Shown: positions 49,088 to 60,021 of the stretch, in pieces
How positions within the stretch are numbered: the first letter of the stretch is position 1
Layout: each line of letters starts with the position of its first letter
From: Epiperipatus broadwayi
Taxonomy: Eukaryota > Animalia > Onychophora
NCBI GenBank assembly: GCA_028023455.1
Contig: JAQFVV010000007.1
Span: 19,468,001 to 19,532,000, forward strand
Reading direction: 5' to 3'
Length of the DNA stretch: 64,000 bases
Notes under the pieces: generated by a model
What the model was told of the DNA's origin: nothing
The model's input: the letters and a program-made list of their open reading frames with translations, nothing else
Database searches by the model: none
Translations under genes and position numbers: made by a program

Positions 49088-51650
49088 TTAATCATTCTCT
49101 GATTTATTTGAATTACTATCATCCTGACAATTCACTTCAACTTGTAGTTGGCTATCGAAGTTCTGGTCACTTTTATAATGGAGTATATCCTTTTCTGAGT
49201 CATGATTAATAAGAGAGGAAGTTAAACTGAAATCTTCCAGTTGTAATACTTCTTCACAATCATGATTATACTGATCTGTGGATATAGTCTTCAAAAAGGT
49301 TTCAGTCATGCTCAGATCAATTAGTGCTTCTGAGAAACTAGGGCTTTTGCATTTTAATTTTTTTTGCCCCAGAAGTATGACCCAAACAAGGATTGTCATT
49401 AAGGTTAAGGAGATTGTCTGTAACAACACTTTCTCCAGAAGAGGAAGAGTTTGACTGATGCAACTTGTTTTTTCTGTTTTTGTTCTTGCATTTGCGGAGA
49501 GCAGGAAGGCACTGAACGACGTTTTGGGGTTGAAGTTCTTTATTACACTTAATAAGGCTATATTCAAACTCAAGTTCAGTGGGACAATCAGCTATCTTCT
49601 CACCAGAACTGTCTTCAGTTTGATTTGATGATTGAAAATTCACTAAGTTAACTGTGTCATTCAAAGGTTCAGCGTGTTTTAATTTAGGATTTGAAGAGAC
49701 TGTGTTTGGATTGCTGCATAAAATTTTCTTCAAAATTTGTCAATGTTCCATGGGGAATTAGAGTGGTGGATGACAAAGGAGGCACAATATCTTTTAATTG
49801 TACATTTGTAAAAATTTTTCTTTATTAAACCACATTGATGGCATGAATGTTCAGGGCATGTTTTCATTATATGCCATCTTTTTGAGCAATGGAAGCACTG
49901 TGGTGCGACTCCATGCAGATTAATTATGAGGGGAGATTCGTTGACTTGAATAAGCCCTGGAATGGATAATGGTGAAATACCTTTTGCAAGTACAATTTTT
50001 AAAAAAGCAGTGTTTGTAAAAACTTCACAGTCAATGTTTCTTAACTAAGAGTAGACAAATTTTTCCCATGGAAGCTGAGAATTCTTTGTAGTTCTGCTCT
50101 GTCAAACTTAATACCACAGTTGCATATGGTTCCTTCAATAGATGTTGGGTGATTTATATCAACTGAGATTAAATAATGACCTTCTAGTGTTTTGTGATTG
50201 TTTCTAAATGCTTCTTTGAAACTGTACCACAATATACCTATTGTTTGGGTGAAATAGAATCTTAAACACTGAAGGCCAAATGCCATGGTCTTTAAATAAT
50301 GTGAATAAAGCCTGAGTTGGGAATTTATGTTGTTATCTGTTGTTGTTAAAATGACAGCATTTGGATCTTTGTAATTCATGAAAGATCTCATCAGTATAGC
50401 AGGAATGGATTGTTGGAAACTTTCAGTGATTACATTATGTCTAGATAAATCACAATCAGAGTTTGTATTGATAGTAGTAGGACAGTTCTCAGTGGATTGT
50501 ATATTATCTAAATCTAGAATTTGAATATCCTTATGATAGTCTTCAATATTTGAAATTACATCACTTCTGCTTTTCTCAATGGCTGGGCTCAAAGTTGGTA
50601 TTTTTGTATTGACTGCAGCTTTGTCACAATAGATGTTTGAGTTGAAGTCAAGATCTGATGTGTTTTTATTTAACACTGGAAAATCCTCTTTATATTTAAA
50701 GTTATGCATCTTCTGTGATGTATTTGGATTATCATTGTAATTATAATTAGAGTTAAACACTATGTTATTAGATTGTTGATTACAATTTTCAATGCTAAAC
50801 TTGTGAGAAGTTTGTCTTTCAAACATATTCTGTGAGGCATGTCCTGGGCAACTTGCAGACAGATTTATGGAATTAGGAATCCTTGTGTAGTCTTTGAAGA
50901 CTTCAGTATTGATGTCCGTTTTCTCTATAATAGAATGTAGATCGTTTTGCAAGCTATTTTTGTAAACATATTTTTTTTGGGGGGATTGGTTATATTAGAG
51001 TTATCACATAAAAGTTGATGTTCCAGAGACATTTCTGAAATCTGTACGAGCTTGAGTGGATGGGAGATTTATAGATTCAGATCCTCTAAATGTATCCTCA
51101 TCATCCAATTTGGTGTTAATAAGCTTTAATTCATCAGAATTTGCGCCGTAATCTACTCCGTGAATATTAGCACTGTCTAATTTTTTTTTTACTTTAATGG
51201 CGCCACTGTTGATCGGTTTTTGGCGAATATTTTTTTTCAGGAAAGAGATAAAAATCTGATTTTTTTTTTCAGGATTGTAGCTCTGAAAAAAATACATATT
51301 TATCCAAATTAAATTTTTTATTCGCATTCATATTTAAGTCCTCGTCCGAGTTCTGCAAGGTTTTCCCGCATTTCGGCAAATCCGGAAAGACGTGTTCGTA
51401 CCGTAACTCAATGTTTTCGATACTTTTCTTAATCCACCTTTTTTTTTTTCAATGCTTAATTTTCTTGTTTGTTCTTTTTTTTTTTTAAGATTAATGGATT
51501 TCGAACTGGCCCCTATCATTTTGGTAACATTTGCAGCTTTGGGAACCTGTTTTAAGTTATCAGAACTTTGTTTAAACTTTACGTTATTGATTTTCTGTTT
51601 TGTGTCTATTTCTACGTTAATATTTTCAGTCAAGATTGCCTTTTTCGATT
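49088..51650 (-). pseudogene. L1/Tx1 ORF1 remnant with gag-like zinc knuckle
   Basis: Frameshifted ORFs span 51633 to 49088. At about 49850-49910 the minus strand reads CFHCSKRWHIMKTCPEHSCHQCG (CX2CX4HX4C plus a broken second knuckle). Confidence 0.75.
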
Positions 51651-52044
51651 GATCTAAAGATTTCTTAGGACTAGAATTTAATTTTCTAGTTGATTTTTAA
51701 TATAAACTTTCTTAACAGCTTGCAAATTTTGTCAAAGTCTTATTTTTCATGTACTGGAGTTTCACTGGTATTTCTTGAGTTAACTAAGATCTTTTTTGAG
51801 GTTGCCATTAGCGTTCAGAACGTATGACTAGCAACAAATAGTGACTAAATATATCTTAATATATTTCAATTTTTTAGAAAAATGTTATAAATAGAGATAA
51901 AAGTACTTACTTGATTTTTATGTAACTTTTATTTTTCGAATATCAAACTCAAAGGGTGCAAATAGGACGGCTTCAGGAGGAGATATTAGAAGTAAACAAA
52001 TCCTACATGGAAACCGGAAGTTATATAAAGCATTAGTAGATTTT

Positions 52045-54164
52045 GAACATGATTCAGATTTGAATGAAATAATACGAAAATAACTGATACCCTTTTAAAA
52101 ACTGCAACAAAGATAGCTGGTAGAAAAAAGCAGCAATTGACCAATAAAATTTCTACTGAGACTAGAGAATTAATGAAGAAAAGAAGGAATAACAAGATAT
52201 ACAAAAATGATGCATTAAAAAGGATTGAATATCTCGAATTTTGTAAAATGGTGCGGAAAAGAGTTGAAAATGATATAAGAACGTATAACTGAACTAGCAA
52301 AGAAAGCTGTAGAAGAGAATAAAAGTCTTAAAAGTGTAAAACAACATTTTCGTATTGGTAGGAAATTTATATCTGCAATAAAAAAAAGATGGAATTATTA
52401 CTAAAAAGAGAGATGACATCATGAAATGGGTAGAAGTCATTTATCAAGAATTATATAGTAATAAAGAACAAGTACTTCTTATATTTATTATATCTTCCGA
52501 ATTGCCCAGGGTTTTAAATGAAGAAGTAAGATATGCAATTAAATTTATGAAAAAAGGATAAGCTCCAGGTAATGATGGAATTATAATTGATGTATTAAAA
52601 GAAGCAGGTGAAAAAACAGAAAAAAGTTTAGCAAAGTTATATACCAAATGTCTAAATGATAAAGATGTACCAGATGATTGGAAGAATGCAGTATTAATAT
52701 TAATATTTTTAAAACGTGATAAAAAAAATATTAGAAATTACAAACGTATCAGCCTTTTATCAGTTTTATACAAAATTTTTACTAAGATAATTACAACTCG
52801 TCTACAGAGAACATTGGATTTCCATCAACCAAGAAAACAAGCAGGTTTTAAAAGTGGTTTTAGTACAGTAGATCATATCCAGGTATTGAGATAAGTTATA
52901 GAAAGGGCAAATGAATATGAGTTGCCATTATGCTTTGGATTTGTATATTATGAACAGGCATTTGATTCTATAAACATCTCTTCAGTGATTAAAGTATTGG
53001 ATCATCAAGGTATAGATCCAGGATATTGTCATATTTTAAAGAATATTTATAAAAATGTAACAGTAACAATTAGCTCACATAATGATAGTAGGAAAGTCAA
53101 CATTGAGAAGGGTGTAAGACAGGGTGACTCCATATCTCCAAAACTTTTTACAGCAGTGCTGCAAGAAGTATTTTGTGGATTAAAATGGAATAAGGAGTGA
53201 AAGTAAATGGAGATTATTTAAGTCATTTAGATTTTGCAGATGATGTAGTTGTTTTTGCAAATAATGCTTTAGAGTTGTAGGAAATGGTGCATGAGTTATC
53301 ATATGAAAGTAGGAAAGTAGGACTAAAGATAAATGTTAAAAAGACTAAAGTAATGTTTAATTGATTTGCTCAAAATATGAAAATAAAGATTGATTATGAT
53401 GAATTAGAAGAAGTTAACAGTTACAAATATCTTGGTCAGATTATTAATACAGATGGAAACATAATGGATGAAATTAATCATAGAATCAAACTTGGTTGGA
53501 GTGCTTTTGGTAGAAATAACTTGATACTAAAAGGAAATATGCCTCTTTGAAAAGGAAGGTTTTTAATAAATGTGTTTTACCAGTTCTTACTTATGGATCT
53601 GATACTTTGACACTTAAAAGAAGAGCAATACAGAGACTTGAGACCACTCAAAGAAGTATGAAGAGGTGCATGTTGGGAGTAACAAGAAGAGATCGAAAAT
53701 GCAATATATGTGTAAGATAACAAACAGGTGTTACTGACCTCATTGAAAAAATTAAAAGACTAAATAATATTTACCAAGGCTGTAACCTCGAGAAAATGCG
53801 TGTAAAATGTGATAGTAGATACCTCTACAGGTGTTTAAACACAAGCTTATGCTGTAGAGGTTCTTACTATCGCATTTTACACGCATATTCTCGAGGTTAC
53901 AGCCTTGGTAAATATTACTTATGTAATCAATGTGCATTTAATAAATTTATAATTAAAAGACTAAAGTGAAGTTGTGCTGAAAATATTGCTAGAAGAGATG
54001 ATGATAGATGGACAATTAAAATCTTAAACTGGATTTCAAGAGATTGTAAAAGACCCAGAAAGAGACGTGCAGGAGTGATGTGGAAAAGAGATGCTAGAGA
54101 TCAGAGAAGATGGATTGAGACCTTCATCCTGCAGTGCATAGATAATGATTAATTATGATGATGA
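52045..54164 (+). mobile_element. RTE LINE copy, 3' part (RT region to tail), interrupted by a 186-bp insertion
   Basis: Resumes exactly where 45324 stops, relative to the intact copy (TTTTGA.AATGATTCAG). Contains GVRQGDSISPKLF and FADD, and ends ATGATGATGA. Confidence 0.93.
53765..53950 (+). mobile_element. 186-bp fold-back element (66-bp inverted arms, 21-bp loop, 33-bp AATAAA tail) with 15-bp TSD
   Basis: Arms 53765-53830 and 53852-53917 are 61/66 complementary. The direct repeat AATTAAAAGACTAAA is at 53750-53764 and 53951-53965, and the intact RTE has a single AATTAAAAGATTGAAA at this position. Confidence 0.9.
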
Positions 54165-55582
54165 ACATTAATTATTGCATATATACCCATTTAAATAAGA
54201 TTCAATATTACAGGTAGTTAGAAATGATATTGTTTTCTTTCCCTGTGACACATAATTCGAACCTGTGCAAGTAATATGCTGATTTCATATCTGAACCTAT
54301 GCCAGGAATATGCAGATTTTATATCTGAACTTGTGCAAAGGATATGCAGTGAGATCAAGCCTAAATTCAAGAACATTGTTCATTTATTTAAAGAATAAGA
54401 TATAAGCATAGATAAACTACCTATGCTTTTAAACCCCTTATTGCCATAAGAGTGCATATCTAATTTATGGAGTGTATGTGAAGAGTTGTTTATTTCCACA
54501 ATATTGCATGTGTGTATAAATTTCTGTATTATTAATGATTACATATATACCAACTTAAATAAAGTTCAGTGTTATCTTCTCTGCAATATTCTGATTTAAA
54601 AATCATGCTTGCCACGAGGGTAGGCCGTAAATTCAGGCTGTTAATATATGTTGGTTTATTTAAAGAATAATCTCTAAATATTAGTGAATCACCTATGCTT
54701 TTAAAACATTTATTAACAAGAGAGAGTGTGTGCATTTTATAGTGCAAGTGTAAAAAGTAGTTTCCACAACATATACTTATAAATTGCTATATTCTTAATG
54801 ATTACATTAAAAATATATAATAATATTTTTGAATAACCTCCATTTTCATGTACTATAAGAATTTTTCACAAATCGGATATTCAACAAATCTTTTTAACAA
54901 ACTCGTAATCAAAGTTATCTCATACACTTCTGCTAATCAGACAAAAAAAATAATCCACTTTTCCCTGGATTCCAGATCATAAATTGGCAGTCAATTATTC
55001 ATACATTGCATGAAAAAAACTTTAAATTAGTAATGATCTTGGAAAAGCCTTGAACTAATTTACATTTTCAAATCATAATGCAGATATAAATTCATTTTTA
55101 TCTGCTTAGCAGATTTGTATAGAAGAGCATTATTTGCATATCATTAAAGTTTGATTTGCAAAGAATTCCTTAATATTCTCAGTACTACATATTTTATAGC
55201 CAATATTTATTTGCAAGATTGTTAAATTTACTAAAATTTATATTTGCATTGTGACCTAGTGGACATTGTGCTTAGATTATTGCTAAGGCATATTTCCTCC
55301 CTTTGAAGTTTCACAATAGGCATAAATAATCTTGGAGACTAAAGTAAAGCATATTTATTATGTTAGCAGATTAATGTGAGAAGGCAGTATATGCAAGATT
55401 GTTAAAATGGCATCTAAAAAGAATGATTTTTTTGAGTAATTCTTATAGATGTATAAAGTTTATTACTTTAAATATATATTATTATTAAACTTTATTAATA
55501 TTTCACTTTATGTAAAAAAAAATATAGCAGAAATGAGTTTGCTATTAACTGAAAGGAGACCCTTTGATTTCTCTTGGAGGCC

Positions 55583-58500
55583 TTAAAGGAACCGAGCAGG
55601 GCAAATTCCTAATGTCCACTCCATACGTTCTTGTCGTTGCAGCTGTTATTACTATGTGATTATTCATATAGTATACGAACATGGATGGGCTGCTCATCAA
55701 CATGCATTAGCCAGTGTGGTGAGTTTATTGGCTTTTTACCTCTGAGTTTAAGATCAAGAAACACCATGGTCTTTCTTCTCAGTGCCTGATAAGGCAGAAT
55801 GAATGTTTGTGTAAATGATAAATATTTTTCCAATACATATATACAATTACGACAGACAAAAATAAAGCATGGCCCTTATTTCCAGGAGGCTGTAAAGTCA
55901 CCAACCAAGCCAGCGGTTGGTGGCCGAAGGCGGAGGGTGCTAAGAATTTCCTGATTGCAGACCCAGGCTGCCATTTGATGACGACTTTTTATTTAGGTAC
56001 TTACAACTGCAGATCACTTTCAAGTGAAGGAAGATTGCAAGAATTAGAAGAAGAACTGTCTTATATTAAATGGGACATTATTGGACTTTGTGAAGTTAGA
56101 AGAAAAGGAGAAGAAACAATTGATTTAAAAAGTAGACATATACTCTATTATAAAGGCACACATATTGGAAATACAAGTGGAGTAGGATTCATTATAAATA
56201 AAAAGTGGAAGAACAATATTGTGGAGATTGATGGTGTATCGAACAGAGTGGCAAGATTAGTTATACAACTTAATAGCAGATACCAAATGCAGATAATTCA
56301 GGTTTATGCCCCAACAAGTTCTCATAGTGATGAAGTAGTAGAAGATTTTTACATGGATGTACAAAAGGCTTTTGATCAGAGTAAACAACATTTTAAAATT
56401 GTTATGGGAGACTTTAATGCTAGAATTGGTAGACAAATGAAAGACGAAATTGCTGTAGGTAATTTTGGTTATGGTAATAGAAATGAGAGAGGACATAGAC
56501 TTGTAGAGTTTGCAGAAAAAGAAAAACTTTATATTATGAATTCATTTTTTGAGAAAAATGTTAAAAGGAAATGGACATGGAAGCATCCAAATGAAGGTAT
56601 AGCAGAATTGGATTATATTTTGACTAACAGAAAATACATATTTCAAGATTGTAATGTTCTTAATAAATTTAACACAGGAAGTGATCATCGATTAGTAAGG
56701 TGTAAGTTACGTGTTAATGTAAAACTAGAGAGACAAAAATTATTAAGAAAAACAATATTTACAGTTGATATTACTAATCTTCAGAAACATTCTAATGAAT
56801 TTAAATTAGAACTTACAAATAGGTTTCAAGTGTTAGGAGATTTTGAAAATGATTCAGATTTGAATGAAATTAATATGAAAATAACTGATACACTTTTAAA
56901 AACTGCAACAAACATAGCTGGTAGAAAAAAGCAGCAATTGACTAATAAAATTTCTACTGAGACTAGAAAATTTATGAAGAAAAGAAGGAATATGAAAATA
57001 TACAAAAATGGTGTATTAAAAAGAATTGAATATCTCGAATTTTGCAAAATGGTACGGAAAAGAGTTGAAAATGATATAAGAAAGTATAACTGTGAATTAG
57101 CAAGGAAAGCTGTAGAAGAAAATAAAAGTCTCAAAAATGTTAAACAACATTTTGGTATTGGTAGGAAATTTATATCTGCAATAAGAAAAAAAGATGGAAT
57201 TATTACTAAAAAGAGAGATGACATCATGAAATTGGTAGAAGATTTTTATCAAGAATTATATAGTAATAAAGAACAAGTACCTCCTATATCTATTACATCT
57301 TCCGAATTGCCCAGAATTTTAAATGAAAAAGTGAGACATGCAATTAAGTGTATGAAGAAAGGAAAGGCTCCAGGAAATGATGGAATTATAATTGATATAT
57401 TAAAAGAAACAGGTGAAGAAATAGAAACAACTTTAGCAAAGTTATATACCAAATGTCTAAATGATAAAGATGTACCAGAAGATTGGAAGAATGCAGTAAT
57501 AATATTAATATTTAAAAAAGATGATAAAGAAGATATTAGAAATTACAGACCTATCAGCCTTTTATCAGTTTTATATAAAATTTTTACCAAGATAATTACA
57601 ATTCGTCTACAGGGAACTTTGGATTTCCACCAACCAAGAGAACAAGCTGGATTTAAAAGTGGTTTTGGTACAGTAGATCATATTCAGGTATTGAGAGAAG
57701 TCATAGAAAGGACAAACGAATATGAGTTGTCATTATGTTTTGGATTTGTAGATTATGAAAAGGCATTCGATTCTATACACATTTCTTCAGTGATTAAAGC
57801 ATTGGATCATCAAGGTATAGATCCAGGATATTGTCATATTTTAAAGAATATTTATAAAAATGCAACAGCAACAATTAGATTACATAATGATACTGGAAAA
57901 ATCAACATTGAGAAAGGTGTAAGACAAGGTGACTCCATATTTCCAAACTCTTTACAGCAGTGCTGCAAGAAGTATTTTGTGGATTAAAATGGGAAACTAA
58001 AGGAGTGAAAGTAAATGGAGAGTATTTAAGTCATTTAGATTTCGCAGATAATGTAGTTGTTTTTGCAAATAATGCTTCAGAGCTGCAGGAAATGTTGCAG
58101 GAGTTAGCAGATGAAAGTAGAAAAGTAGGACTAAAGATAAATGTTAAAAAGACTAAAGTAATGTTTAATCGATTTGCTCAAAATATGAAAATAAAGATTG
58201 ATTATGAAGAATTAGAAGAAGTTAACAGTTACAAATACCTTGGTCAGATTATTAATACAGATGGAAACATAATGGAGGAAATTAATCATAGAATTAAACT
58301 TGGTTGGAGTGCTTTTGGTAGAAATAACTTGATACTAAAAGGAAATATGCCTATATGTTTGAAAAGGATGGTTTTTAACAAATGTGTTTTACCAGTTCTT
58401 ACTTATGGATCTGAGACTTGGACACTTAATAGAAGAGCAATACAGAGACTTCAGACTACTCAAAGGAGTATGGAGAGATGTATGTTGGGAGTAACAAGAA

Positions 58501-58820
58501 GAGATCGAAAACGCAATGTATGGGTAAGACAACAAACAGGTGTTACTGACCTTATTGAAAAAATTAAAAGATTGAAATGTAGTTGGGCTGGACATATTGC
58601 TAGAAGAGATGATAATAGATGGACAATTGAAATTTTAAACTGGATTCCAAGAGATTGTAAAAGAGCCAGAAAGAGACCACATGTGAGATGGATGGATGAA
58701 ATAAGAAAATATGCAGGGGTGTTGTGGAGAAGAGAAGCTAAAGATCAGAGAAGATGGATTAAACTTGGAGAGACCTTCATCCTGCAGTGGATTGATAATG
58801 GTTGATGATGATGATGATGA
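55583..58820 (+). mobile_element. Near-intact full-length RTE-clade LINE (~3.2 kb)
   Basis: About 390-bp 5'UTR shared with 44125, a single APE+RT ORF broken by one frameshift, and a (GAT)n tail at 58803-58820. Confidence 0.95.
55975..58805 (+). pseudogene. RTE APE endonuclease + reverse transcriptase ORF (670 aa + 281 aa; frameshift near 57945)
   Basis: TYNCRSL, DIIGLCEVRR, QVYAPT, GDFNARIG, LDYIL, SDHRLV, KAPGNDG, NYRPISLL, QAGF, FVDYEKAFDS and GVRQGD. The second frame has FADN, YKYLGQ, VLPVLTYGSETW and WAGHIARR. Confidence 0.95.
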
Positions 58821-59865
58821 GGTTACAATTGATATTGGTTTAAATGTTGCCAACAGTACTGTGATGAACATCCCCCCAACACTTTACCTTCCTGTTATTC
58901 AGTATAGTTATTAGCACCTATGTGTTTTAATACAATGGTAAAGTGCCAAATTATGGATTGCGAGGTTTTTGCCTCTTCGCTTGTTCAAATTACTTATAAA
59001 CGCTCTAGCACTAAATTCCTAGATTATTTACTGGTTGTATATATATGTGTGGAGATGATAATATGAACCAACTGACGAGTGCAGGAATAAAAAAGCCTGT
59101 ACTATAGAAAAAATTCATATATTAAAATATAGTTAGTTGTGTTGTGTGGAGTTGGCCAAATTAATACCACTAATATACTGAGCTGAACCTACTAAAGCCA
59201 GAATATATCAAAGCTAATATTAAGAGTTTGGATTTATATTTATAACTATTATTATTTTTCATTTTGAAATCAAGTATTATTTTAGTTCATTTAATTTTTT
59301 AATATATAAGCAAACAACTCATAATTCGTTCGATTTTAAGAAATTGTAGATCGCAAATAAAATTAAAAATTGAACTAATTCTTTATCAGAAGAAGACCAA
59401 AGGGTGCTAAAGACAGCTAAAAAAAAAATTATGCAAATTTGATCTTTATTTTAAAAATAGTAATGACTAATAAGACGATCATATCTTTAAGGTTTTTAAC
59501 TTTAGCTCAATGACAATTGGATAATGCAAAAAATATATAATTAGCATAAACATATTTGCATGGGCTAAGATAATATTCATCCAATAAACATTAAAGGTAA
59601 TATTCATCTATTGTTAAAGAACAGCTACTGATATTTTTATTGCTGTTTTTTATTGATATATTATAGTATTTCTAATAATGTGATATCTATTTACATCATG
59701 TAGCTGAATTATTGAATGTATTTAGAAAAATTCAAACTTTATTTATATATTAGCTATACTTGCATCTTTGCTGATGTTAGTAGAATTATAACAAAAATAA
59801 AAATATAAAAATAGAGATATTGACTAGCACAATTTCAAACTATAATTCTAAAGAGACGGTAATGA

Positions 59866-60021
59866 ACCGCTACACATGCTATATTGTCGTAATCAATCGC
59901 TACACTGTTATATTAAACCAACGTTGTTTTTATTGAATTATATGGCTCGGATTGCGAGTTTTCTCATATTCAACAAAAACAACTTTGATTTAACAAGACA
60001 GTACAGCGCATGTGTAGTGGT
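59866..60021. mobile_element. Possible MITE (156 bp)
   Basis: Terminal inverted repeats ACCGCTACACATGC / GCATGTGTAGTGGT (13/14 match, extendable imperfectly). No TSD was seen. Confidence 0.35.

Larger units (their letters stand above)
45325..52031 (-). mobile_element. Apparently full-length (6.7 kb) decayed L1/Tx1-clade LINE inserted into the RTE copy
   Basis: 13-bp TSD ATTAGTAGATTTT at 45312-45324 and 52032-52044, AATAAA and a short A-tail at the low-coordinate end, a CpG-rich 5' end, and ORF1 and ORF2 remnants. Confidence 0.88.

Noticed and set aside
10300-52044. Sequence-specific targeting by the two Tx1-like elements
   Set aside because: The target sites (CAATAATT|AC and ATTAGTAGATTTT|GA) share only T-richness at the nick. 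Insertion into other TEs is expected in such TE-dense DNA.
51986-52300. 104-aa minus-strand ORF
   Set aside because: It is an antisense reading of the RTE that crosses the L1 junction. The similar ORFs at 52444, 56257, 56826, 57249, 58389, 8640, 8813, 26176, 41003 and 15512 are also shadows of sense-strand coding or AT-rich sequence.
8400-58820. Uni-strand piRNA-cluster-like orientation bias
   Set aside because: TE fragments occur on both strands (several minus, several plus) with no consistent bias across the window.
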